Of a stretch of 64,000 bases of DNA, positions 8,771 through 15,986 are shown piece by piece; the first letter of the stretch is position 1; each line of letters starts with the position of its first letter. Location: contig CAZZCA010000006.1 of assembly GCA_964653055.1 (NCBI GenBank), forward strand, positions 2,427 through 66,426, given 5' to 3'. Made by a program: the position numbers and the translations under genes. The notes under the pieces are model-generated. The model saw only the letters and a list, made by a program, of their open reading frames with translations. It ran no database searches and had not been told where the DNA came from. This stretch comes from an uncultured Desulfobulbia bacterium (GTDB lineage: Bacteria > Desulfobacterota > Desulfobulbia > Desulfobulbales > SURF-16).

Positions 8771-10504
8771 CTAAGGCGCAAGGCGCCAGAGTGGGGAGGT
8801 TCGGCGGGAGATGATGCGGGTACTGAGCTCCCGGGAATCCTTTTTACCAAAGACATCAACCACCTCTACCCTGAAGACAAGGCGATCCTGCCCTGTCCGC
8901 AGATAGGCCGAGGGCACCACAAAGGACACCAGACTACCGTCCTCACTAAGTTGCTTGAAAACCACATCTGGCCCGGTTAATTGCTGCCAGCTGAAATGCA
9001 GCTCCGCTCCTGCCTCGCCCCTGGTCTGGCGTGCGTCCAGTAACACCGTTTCCCCCACCAGCAAAGAGGGCGCCAGGGTTGAAACCTTGAGCCTGGGGCC
9101 GGGATGACCTGAGACAAAATTCAAAACAATCCGGGCAGACGGGGAGCTTATCCCCCCACTTTTCAACCGATAATTAATAACCTCCTGCCCCCGGAAATAC
9201 GGATCCGGTCCATAGATATATCGCCCGTCAGCACCTGCCTTTAATTGCCCGCGGAGGGCTAAGTCTTCCACCTTCAAGGTCAAGCGGGAAGGCACAGCCA
9301 ACTGGTTTGCCATCTGCCAGATAACAACCGGATCAATTATCACCGGAGTCGTACTTTTACCATCTATAACCATATCCATGGCAGCTACTCTCGGAACCTT
9401 CGGGGCAATGAAACGAGGCTGCAGGCTAGCAACAGGGGGTGCAGGCTTTCGGGTAAGATCCGGACCCCGGATAATCACCCTGGCCGCTACACTATGATCC
9501 CTGCCGTCAAAAGCCATATAGGTGAAAACGTCTTTCCCCGGGAAATTATTATTAGGCAGATAGGTCAAGGCCGGCATCTTGCCGGACAGACGCCCATGAG
9601 CCGGGGGCTCGCTAACCTTAAATATTATGACATCATTATCTTTATCAAGGGCATTGAAGACAACCTGCACCTCACCACCGCCAGCAGGCATGGTAAGGTT
9701 AATATCTTTAACCTGGGGGATGAAATTAGCAATAGTGGCATTAACAGCCACTTCTGGGGCAGCGGGCAGAGGGGGAGGCGTCGGGGGTACATCGTTCTTT
9801 TTGACCAGATAGACCAAGCCGATAAAAAAGATAACCAGCAGCAACAGACAGGCCGCGGCGGTAAGCAGGAGAACAGGTGAAGGCTTTCGGCATGCTGACT
9901 CAACCGGTGCTGCCACCGGCTCACTGGCCAGATCATCCTCCTGGTCAAAGTCAGCCAGGTCCCGGGGGTCTTCCTTTTGCAGATCAAGGTCAGGCAGCTC
10001 GCTTATTTCCTCTTCCCCGACCTCCTCGGCAAACTCCATATCCGGGATAAATGGCTCATTATCATCATTAAGGCTGGCAAAAATCTGATCAATATCGTCC
10101 TGGTCATGCTCTGCCTCCATCTCTTTGCTGTCGGCTGTTGGCAAACCCTGATCAATGTCCTCTGTTTCGGCAGCCTCAGAGCCATCTTCCCCGGCTTGCT
10201 GCTCACCATCCTGCTGGTCATCATCTGCCTTTTCAGGTTTTTCCGTTTCTTCAGGTTCCGCATCCGGCCGGGAAGCCTCCTCAGCACCAGCCTCTTCCTT
10301 ATCTTCCTGATCAGCAGCAGAATCATCATCACCCGCAAAAAGGGCATCAATGGAAGACTGATCAAGCTCATCCACACCAATATCACTGACACCTATTTCA
10401 ACCGCCGGCTCGCCATTGGGACCACCCATGGCACCTTCAACCTCAGGGTCGGCAGGGCCAACCGCTGAATTTGATTCCGGAGGCAAGTGTTTTTCTTCTG
10501 CCAT
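8771..10504 (-). CDS. Single-pass membrane protein with an acidic disordered cytoplasmic N-terminus and periplasmic cadherin/Ig-like and PKD-like modules
   Basis: 577-aa ORF. Residues 1-205 are D/E-rich with no hydrophobic core. One TM (VLLLTAAACLLLLVIFFIGLVYLV) is followed by a Pro-rich linker. An Ig/cadherin-like pattern follows (VQVVFNALDKDNDVIIFKVSEPPAHGRLSG...FTYMAFDGRDHS), then a PKD-like segment (LLDARQTRGEAGAELHFSWQQLTGPDV). Confidence 0.5.
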   Translation of the reverse strand: MAEEKHLPPESNSAVGPADPEVEGAMGGPNGEPAVEIGVSDIGVDELDQSSIDALFAGDDDSAADQEDKEEAGAEEASRPDAEPEETEKPEKADDDQQDGEQQAGEDGSEAAETEDIDQGLPTADSKEMEAEHDQDDIDQIFASLNDDNEPFIPDMEFAEEVGEEEISELPDLDLQKEDPRDLADFDQEDDLASEPVAAPVESACRKPSPVLLLTAAACLLLLVIFFIGLVYLVKKNDVPPTPPPLPAAPEVAVNATIANFIPQVKDINLTMPAGGGEVQVVFNALDKDNDVIIFKVSEPPAHGRLSGKMPALTYLPNNNFPGKDVFTYMAFDGRDHSVAARVIIRGPDLTRKPAPPVASLQPRFIAPKVPRVAAMDMVIDGKSTTPVIIDPVVIWQMANQLAVPSRLTLKVEDLALRGQLKAGADGRYIYGPDPYFRGQEVINYRLKSGGISSPSARIVLNFVSGHPGPRLKVSTLAPSLLVGETVLLDARQTRGEAGAELHFSWQQLTGPDVVFKQLSEDGSLVSFVVPSAYLRTGQDRLVFRVEVVDVFGKKDSRELSTRIISRRTSPLWRLAP

Positions 10505-10515
10505 AACGATTCTGC

Positions 10516-11184
10516 CTAATTACCCTTTACCTGAATGATGAAGGGCTTTTCCGGGGCCATGAACAGAGTCCGCAGCTCCCGGTTAAGGGGCATGCTGTAA
10601 CGCCACGATGTTTCAATCAGGCCGTTGGCCAAGTTCACCAGACGACCCTGAACAATCAATGATTTCCTGGTATTGCTGAAGGTTGAAACCACCACATAAT
10701 CAACAGCCTGGGCAATATTGGCAAGTTCGCCGACATTCCGGGAAAGGATAAACTCTCCGGTCTGGGCCAGAACGGTAATCTGTTTACCAAGGCGGAGCTC
10801 CGTCACCTTCAGCCCCTGATCAGCCAGGTCCGTCAGGAGATACTCACCCATTATCCGGCCAAATTCCGTTTCCCGTTTCAGGTCAGATAAGGGAACAGCG
10901 CCAACCACAGCCACCCGGCCCAAACCGTCCCGATCGCTGTCCCGCAGGTGACTGGCAACCTTGGCCGCTACTTCAAGGGAAAGGGCCGATAACATCCCTT
11001 CACTGTCAACATGCCGACAACCGTGACAAGGGCCATGGCGCTCGCTGCGAGCTGGCTCAGGGGATGGCGCCTCTTCAACCTGATTCGGCATCGACAGAGA
11101 GGAGTCAATGGCTCCTGCCTGGTTCCCCGAACCACAGCAGCCGGCAATAATCAGCCAGCAACAGCATAATGCCAATTTTCTCAT
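10516..11184 (-). CDS. FlgO/TolB-N-like lipoprotein
   Basis: The start at MRKLALCCCWLIIAGCCGSG (lipobox IIAG|C) is preceded by GGAG; the ORF-track start at 11196 is 4 codons upstream. The core VAVVGAVPLSDLKRETEFGRIMGEYLLTDLADQGLKVTELR...TGEFILSR...DYVVVSTFS...LIVQGRLVN resembles the FlgO family. The protein contains HGPCHGCRH. Confidence 0.55.
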   Translation of the reverse strand: MRKLALCCCWLIIAGCCGSGNQAGAIDSSLSMPNQVEEAPSPEPARSERHGPCHGCRHVDSEGMLSALSLEVAAKVASHLRDSDRDGLGRVAVVGAVPLSDLKRETEFGRIMGEYLLTDLADQGLKVTELRLGKQITVLAQTGEFILSRNVGELANIAQAVDYVVVSTFSNTRKSLIVQGRLVNLANGLIETSWRYSMPLNRELRTLFMAPEKPFIIQVKGN

Positions 11185-11203
11185 GATATTCTCCATATTA
11201 ATT

Positions 11204-11857
11204 TTATAATCCCCTATCTGCCAATTGCTTCATATAAAGAACACCTCTTTCTTCGGTACGAAGAGAAGCCGCATCAGCCAGCATCTGCTCAAGGGTTCTG
11301 GTCAAGGGAAAAACAAAGGTTGTTCCAGCAACCACAGTTGAGGTGGCATTATCAATAATCCTGGCATTCACCAGAATATCGCCGCCAGCCTGAAGATAGG
11401 TTCCGGTTAATAAGGCCGCTGCTGCCGCCTCATTATTAATCTCTGACAGCTGCCGGGACAGGCCGAAGACCCCGCGGCCACCCTGCACCGTGATACTGGT
11501 GGCCTTACGGATATCAACCACCTTCATGCCCCGTTCCTGAAGCTCGTTGATCATCTGCTCAGTTAGGTAGCGACCAAAGGTGGAGGTCCGGGAAAATTTA
11601 TTAACATCAACAAAGGTGGTTACCAGGATCCCAGCGGCCATATCACCGATGAGGAGATCCGGTTCGGTCATGGCCCCGATCAGATCATCGGCCAATTGGG
11701 AAATACCCTGAACCATGGTCACGGCATCCGCCTCCTGAACCTTCGCCACCGGCACGGCTGTTTGGCCAGCCATACTCCAATTATGGAGGCCATCGACTAA
11801 AACCACGGTTGCCGTAATCAGCACCAGCAGCAAAAAAGCATTTATCATCTTACCCAT
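11204..11857 (-). CDS. FlgO/TolB-N-like exported protein
   Basis: 217 aa with an N-terminal signal/anchor (INAFLLLVLITATVVLV). The core ILVTTFVDVNKFSRTSTFGRYLTEQMINELQERGMKVVDIR...GVFGLSRQ...ALLTGTYLQAGGDILVNARIID follows the FlgO-family pattern. GGAG lies 7 nt upstream of the ATG. Confidence 0.55.
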   Translation of the reverse strand: MGKMINAFLLLVLITATVVLVDGLHNWSMAGQTAVPVAKVQEADAVTMVQGISQLADDLIGAMTEPDLLIGDMAAGILVTTFVDVNKFSRTSTFGRYLTEQMINELQERGMKVVDIRKATSITVQGGRGVFGLSRQLSEINNEAAAAALLTGTYLQAGGDILVNARIIDNATSTVVAGTTFVFPLTRTLEQMLADAASLRTEERGVLYMKQLADRGL

Positions 11858-11957
11858 AAATCATCTCCATTAAACCGGCAAGACCCCGTCCATGGGACCT
11901 ATTCCGGACTTATCTTCTTTCATCGGAACAAGACCCAAAAACCTTTAGCACATTTTA

Positions 11958-11966
11958 CCCCCCCCC
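11958..11966. repeat. C9 (G9 on the minus strand) homopolymer in the divergent intergenic region
   Basis: Read directly (cattttaccc cccccctgtt). On the minus strand it reads G9 immediately followed by TAAAAT, 95 nt upstream of the ATG of the FlgO-like operon. Confidence 0.9.
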
Positions 11967-12096
11967 TGTTTTCTGATGCGAGTTAAGGCACAGTAAAAAG
12001 CAGGGAGTGGAAAGTTGGAAGTATTGAAAAATAAAACCATCAATGTTAATTGCAGGATCAATTATTAAACTTTGATCAGCCCCGGACAAAAAAATA

Positions 12097-12558
12097 ATGA
12101 ATATAGAAGATTATCTGGCAGACGAAATTCTAATCATCAAAGAATCCGGCGAAATGCCGGAAGTGGCCTATCACAGCACACTGTATTTCCTCTGCCAGGA
12201 TGAGGAAGGACCACAAATCCAATTAAACCAGCCTGAGCTGCTCACCCTGAAAAAGGCGGTCTGTCACCGCTACCGTACCATCATCCAACGGGACCTCACC
12301 CCGGCTAACCGTGATAAAAGTCTTTATCGGGGCATGGAACGGGCCATCTGCAATTGGGACCGCCTGAAATTATACTGTATTAACGAAGACTTTGATTATG
12401 AAGAGGTCAGGCTGGAAATAGCTGACAACCTAAAAACATTCCTGATCAAAGAAAGAGAAGATATGGCCCAGGGGCAACCGACATCCATTAATTGCACCAG
12501 GGACAGACTCTGCCATTTCCTCGAAGAGATGGGTCTGGCTGACTTAGCCGAAATTTGA
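12097..12558 (+). CDS. Hypothetical cytoplasmic protein (153 aa, 6 Cys)
   Basis: An ORF only; I recognise no family. It is isolated on the + strand between two minus-strand blocks. Confidence 0.4.
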   Translation: MNIEDYLADEILIIKESGEMPEVAYHSTLYFLCQDEEGPQIQLNQPELLTLKKAVCHRYRTIIQRDLTPANRDKSLYRGMERAICNWDRLKLYCINEDFDYEEVRLEIADNLKTFLIKEREDMAQGQPTSINCTRDRLCHFLEEMGLADLAEI

Positions 12559-12566
12559 GCTGACGA

Positions 12567-13337
12567 TTAAACCGGATCCGGTAAAACCGTGGTAAAAAGA
12601 GAGCGAACCAGGCTGAGCCGCTCCGGATCAAGGTCAGCCACCAGCCATTGCTGCCCGTCACCTGCCTCTGCCAGCACCTCGCCGTCCGGGGCAATTATCA
12701 TTGAACTTCCGCCAAATAATATCCCGGCACTTTCACCGCAACGATTACAGGCAACCACAAAAACCTGGTTCTCAATGGCCCGCGCCCGAAGCAGGATCCG
12801 CCAATGGTCAATACGGGCCTTCGGCCATTGGCCACAGACCGCCAATAAAGGGGCTCCGGCTCCAACCTGGACACCGGCCAATTGAGGAAAACGAAGATCA
12901 AAACAGACAAGAGAGGCCATTAAACCCATGGTGGTTTTTACCGGCCTGGGATCATCACCGGGACGGAAATAACGATCTTCATCCATGGGAGCAAAGAGAC
13001 GCTGCTTGCGATAGGCGCCCATTACCCCATCAGCACCACAATAATACATGGTATTATAATAATCATCCCCCAGCCGTTCCATCAGGCTGCCGGCAATAAT
13101 TATCTCAAAGGTTGCGGCAAGATCAACAAGTTCAGTTAAAACAGATGGGGTTACTGCGGCCTGATCGGCCAGGGAGGGGTAAGCAAAACCGGCATAGAAT
13201 AATTCCGGCAGGACAATCAGACCACCGGCCGGCGGTTTTTGGCCTGATATAAAATCTTTAACCAGAGCAAGATTATCCGTACCTGCCCCCAGGGCAACAT
13301 CAAACTGGAGGCAGGCCGCATAAGTGGGAATCATCAA
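12567..13337 (-). CDS. Carbon-nitrogen hydrolase family protein (omega-amidase/nitrilase-like)
   Basis: The E-K-C triad context is present: VLPELFYAGF (Glu), AYRKQRLF (Lys), LVCFDLRFPQ (Cys). 256 aa. Its start overlaps the upstream gene's stop by 4 nt. Confidence 0.8.
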   Translation of the reverse strand: MMIPTYAACLQFDVALGAGTDNLALVKDFISGQKPPAGGLIVLPELFYAGFAYPSLADQAAVTPSVLTELVDLAATFEIIIAGSLMERLGDDYYNTMYYCGADGVMGAYRKQRLFAPMDEDRYFRPGDDPRPVKTTMGLMASLVCFDLRFPQLAGVQVGAGAPLLAVCGQWPKARIDHWRILLRARAIENQVFVVACNRCGESAGILFGGSSMIIAPDGEVLAEAGDGQQWLVADLDPERLSLVRSLFTTVLPDPV

Positions 13338-14302
13338 ATAAGATCAACCGTTACGATCTTGTCGTAGAAATCAACGATCTTTTCTTTCTCATCCGACTCC
13401 ATCTGGGCCATACCGGCCCGGGGATGCTGGTTCATTACACCGGTAACCATATAGGGGATATGATAGCCCCAGTCAATCTTCTTGGCCCAGGGGAAGATCT
13501 CCTGCTCAATAGCATCAAGAAGAGGACGAACCTTGAATTTAGGGTTCTTCAGGAAAGAAATAAGAAGCTCCAGGGGACAATTACCAGCACCCCGGCCAAT
13601 CCCGTACAGGGTACCGTCAAGATAATTAATCCCGGCGATAATGGAGGCAATGGTATTGGCAAAGGCCAGCTGCTGGTTGTTATGGGCATGGATACCGATA
13701 ATCTTGTCCGGCAGCCTTTCCATGTATTTGGCCGCCAGCATCTCGATATCTTCCGAATAAAAGGCACCGAAACTATCGACAAGGTAGATGATTGGGACCC
13801 GACTCTGGGCCAGATCTTCCAGGCCTTCTTCCAGATCCCGCAGGCCAACGGTGGAAACAGCCATCAGGTTGATGGTAACCTCATAACCTTTATCCATACA
13901 GTGATGGGCCAGGGCAATGGCAGTATCGATCTGGTGGACATAACAGGCCACCCGAATCATATCAAGGGAACTTTCTGAACGAAAGGGGATGTCATCAAAA
14001 TCAATCCGGCCAATATCGGCCATGGCGGATAATTTGATCTTCTTTTCACCGTCACCGATAATCCGCTGCAGATCAGCTTCCGCACAAAAACGCCAGGGAC
14101 CGTACTCATTACGATCAAAGGCACTTTCCGAACTGAGATAGCCGATCTCCATATAATCGATGCCAGCTTCAGTTAAAGAATTATAAACCTTGCGGACAAA
14201 GTCATCTTCAAACTGCCATTTATTCATCAATCCGCCATCACGGACAGTGCAGTCAATTACCTTAATTTCCGGTCTAAACATTGTTTTTCTCCAAGCAGAC
14301 AA
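13334..14302 (-). CDS. DRE-TIM metallolyase (HMGL-like / pyruvate carboxyltransferase-domain aldolase)
   Basis: IKVIDCTVRDGGLMNKWQF (the DxTxRDG motif) and IGIHAHNNQQLAFANTIASI (HxH metal ligands), as in the 4-hydroxy-2-oxovalerate aldolase/HMG-CoA lyase superfamily. The substrate cannot be inferred. Confidence 0.7.
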   Translation of the reverse strand: MSAWRKTMFRPEIKVIDCTVRDGGLMNKWQFEDDFVRKVYNSLTEAGIDYMEIGYLSSESAFDRNEYGPWRFCAEADLQRIIGDGEKKIKLSAMADIGRIDFDDIPFRSESSLDMIRVACYVHQIDTAIALAHHCMDKGYEVTINLMAVSTVGLRDLEEGLEDLAQSRVPIIYLVDSFGAFYSEDIEMLAAKYMERLPDKIIGIHAHNNQQLAFANTIASIIAGINYLDGTLYGIGRGAGNCPLELLISFLKNPKFKVRPLLDAIEQEIFPWAKKIDWGYHIPYMVTGVMNQHPRAGMAQMESDEKEKIVDFYDKIVTVDLI

Positions 14303-14349
14303 TGGGCATTATAAAAAAATGCCCTCTAATAAAAAGTTTAAGCGTGATC

Positions 14350-14979
14350 TTATAACCCATTTTTTACCTGTTGGCAAAGATCAACAAATATTTTTACATT
14401 TTTTTCCACCTGTTCGGGGTCACGGGTAATAAGGGCGTCATGGCCAAAGAGGGAGGAACCAACCCCAACCGCTTGCGCCCCGGCAACAAAAAACTCTTTG
14501 ACATTTCCGTCATTTACCCCTCCCACCGCCACCAGGGGAATATGGTCAAAAGGACCGAGAAGATCTTTAATATAGCCAGGACCGGGACAAGGGAAGACCT
14601 TTACCATGGATGCCCCGGCCGACCACGCCTGGTAAACCTCGGTGGGGGTCATGGCACCGGCAATAACCGGAACCTCTCTGCTCCGGCCAAAATCAATGAC
14701 CTCCGGATCCATATTGGGGGAAACAAGAAACATGGCTCCGGCCTCCACTGCGGCCCGGGCCTCGATAATATTCCGGATGGTACCCATCCCCAGACGACAA
14801 CCATCCGGAACCATGGCAAGATTATCCGCCACCATATCTTCTGCACCCCGGGTGTTCATGGTAACCTCCAGGGCCCGCAGTCCACCGGCATAGGAAGCTG
14901 CCATCAAATCGGGGAAAAATGAAGGTTCAACCCCACGGAGAATCCCGATTACCGCCATCCCGTCAACAGAGTCCATCAT
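14350..14979 (-). CDS. eda: KDPG/KHG aldolase family protein
   Basis: 209 aa. VIGILRG, LEVTMNT, GMGTI, FLVSP and VKVFP are the usual Eda-family blocks. ATGA overlap with the gpsA stop. Confidence 0.75.
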   Translation of the reverse strand: MMDSVDGMAVIGILRGVEPSFFPDLMAASYAGGLRALEVTMNTRGAEDMVADNLAMVPDGCRLGMGTIRNIIEARAAVEAGAMFLVSPNMDPEVIDFGRSREVPVIAGAMTPTEVYQAWSAGASMVKVFPCPGPGYIKDLLGPFDHIPLVAVGGVNDGNVKEFFVAGAQAVGVGSSLFGHDALITRDPEQVEKNVKIFVDLCQQVKNGL

Positions 14980-15986
14980 AGAACCAGCTCCTCACCCTGA
15001 TCCCGGGTAAGCAGAGACATCACCGCCTCATGGCAAGGTTTATCTTCATAGAGAACCTGGTAAATCTGGGCCAGAATGGGCATCTCCACCCCTTCCCGCC
15101 GGGCCAGTTTCCAGGCAGAGCGAGTGGTCTTAACCCCCTCTGCCACCATGGCCATTTCTTCAAGAATCAGGGCCAGTCTCTTGCCCCGACCCAGCTCCAG
15201 GCCAACGGTGCGGTTACGACTTAAGTCACCGGTACAGGTGAGAACCAGATCACCCATCCCCCCCAGGCCGGAAAAAGTAAGAGGATCTGCCCCCATCTTC
15301 ACCCCCAGCCGGGTAATCTCGGCCAGGCCCCGGGTAATAAGGGCCGCTCTGGTATTGGTCCCGTAGCCAAGGCCGTCAGAGATACCGGCGGCAATGGCGA
15401 TGATATTTTTCAAAGCAGCCCCCAGCTCCTGGCCTATAAGGTCAGTACTGGTATAGACCCTGAATTTTTCAGTAAAAAATATTTCCTGGATGGCAGCTGC
15501 CGTCTCTTTGTTGCTGGCAGCCACAGTTACTGCCGTGGGAATACCGTCTGCCACCTCCCGGGCAAAACTCGGTCCGGCCAGAACCCCGACAGCTGCATTC
15601 CTGCCACTTTTAGTCAGCTCGTCCTCCATGACCTGGCTCATGGTCATCAGGCTTTCATTTTCAATACCCTTGGATGCCGAAACCACCACGGCCCCGTCAT
15701 CCAACATGGGTAATAAGCGGGAAAAAACCGAACGAAAGACATGGGAAGGTACCACCATGATAACAAAGATGGCGCCCCGAACGGTGTGAGCAAGGTCACT
15801 GCTGGCCTGAATAGTTGATGGAAGGGTAAAACCGGGAAGATATAATTTATTTTCCCCAGAACTGATCTCTGCGGCATGTTCCGGCCGATGGGCCCAAAGA
15901 CGTACATCATAGCCCTTATCGCCCAGAACCTTGGCCAGGGCGGTACCCCAACTACCAGCTCCTATAACCGCAACATCTTTATTCAT
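14976..15986 (-). CDS. gpsA: NAD(P)H-dependent glycerol-3-phosphate dehydrogenase
   Basis: [25 protein letters not shown]... The true start at 15986 overlaps the gyrA stop (ATGAATAA). The listed ORF start at 16109 is an out-of-frame read of the gyrA tail. Confidence 0.92.
   Translation of the reverse strand: MNKDVAVIGAGSWGTALAKVLGDKGYDVRLWAHRPEHAAEISSGENKLYLPGFTLPSTIQASSDLAHTVRGAIFVIMVVPSHVFRSVFSRLLPMLDDGAVVVSASKGIENESLMTMSQVMEDELTKSGRNAAVGVLAGPSFAREVADGIPTAVTVAASNKETAAAIQEIFFTEKFRVYTSTDLIGQELGAALKNIIAIAAGISDGLGYGTNTRAALITRGLAEITRLGVKMGADPLTFSGLGGMGDLVLTCTGDLSRNRTVGLELGRGKRLALILEEMAMVAEGVKTTRSAWKLARREGVEMPILAQIYQVLYEDKPCHEAVMSLLTRDQGEELVL

Noticed and set aside
11011-11037. Possible c-type haem attachment site in the FlgO-like lipoprotein.
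   Set aside because: The sequence is C-H-G-C-R-H. The residue after the second Cys is Arg, so it does not fit CXXCH.
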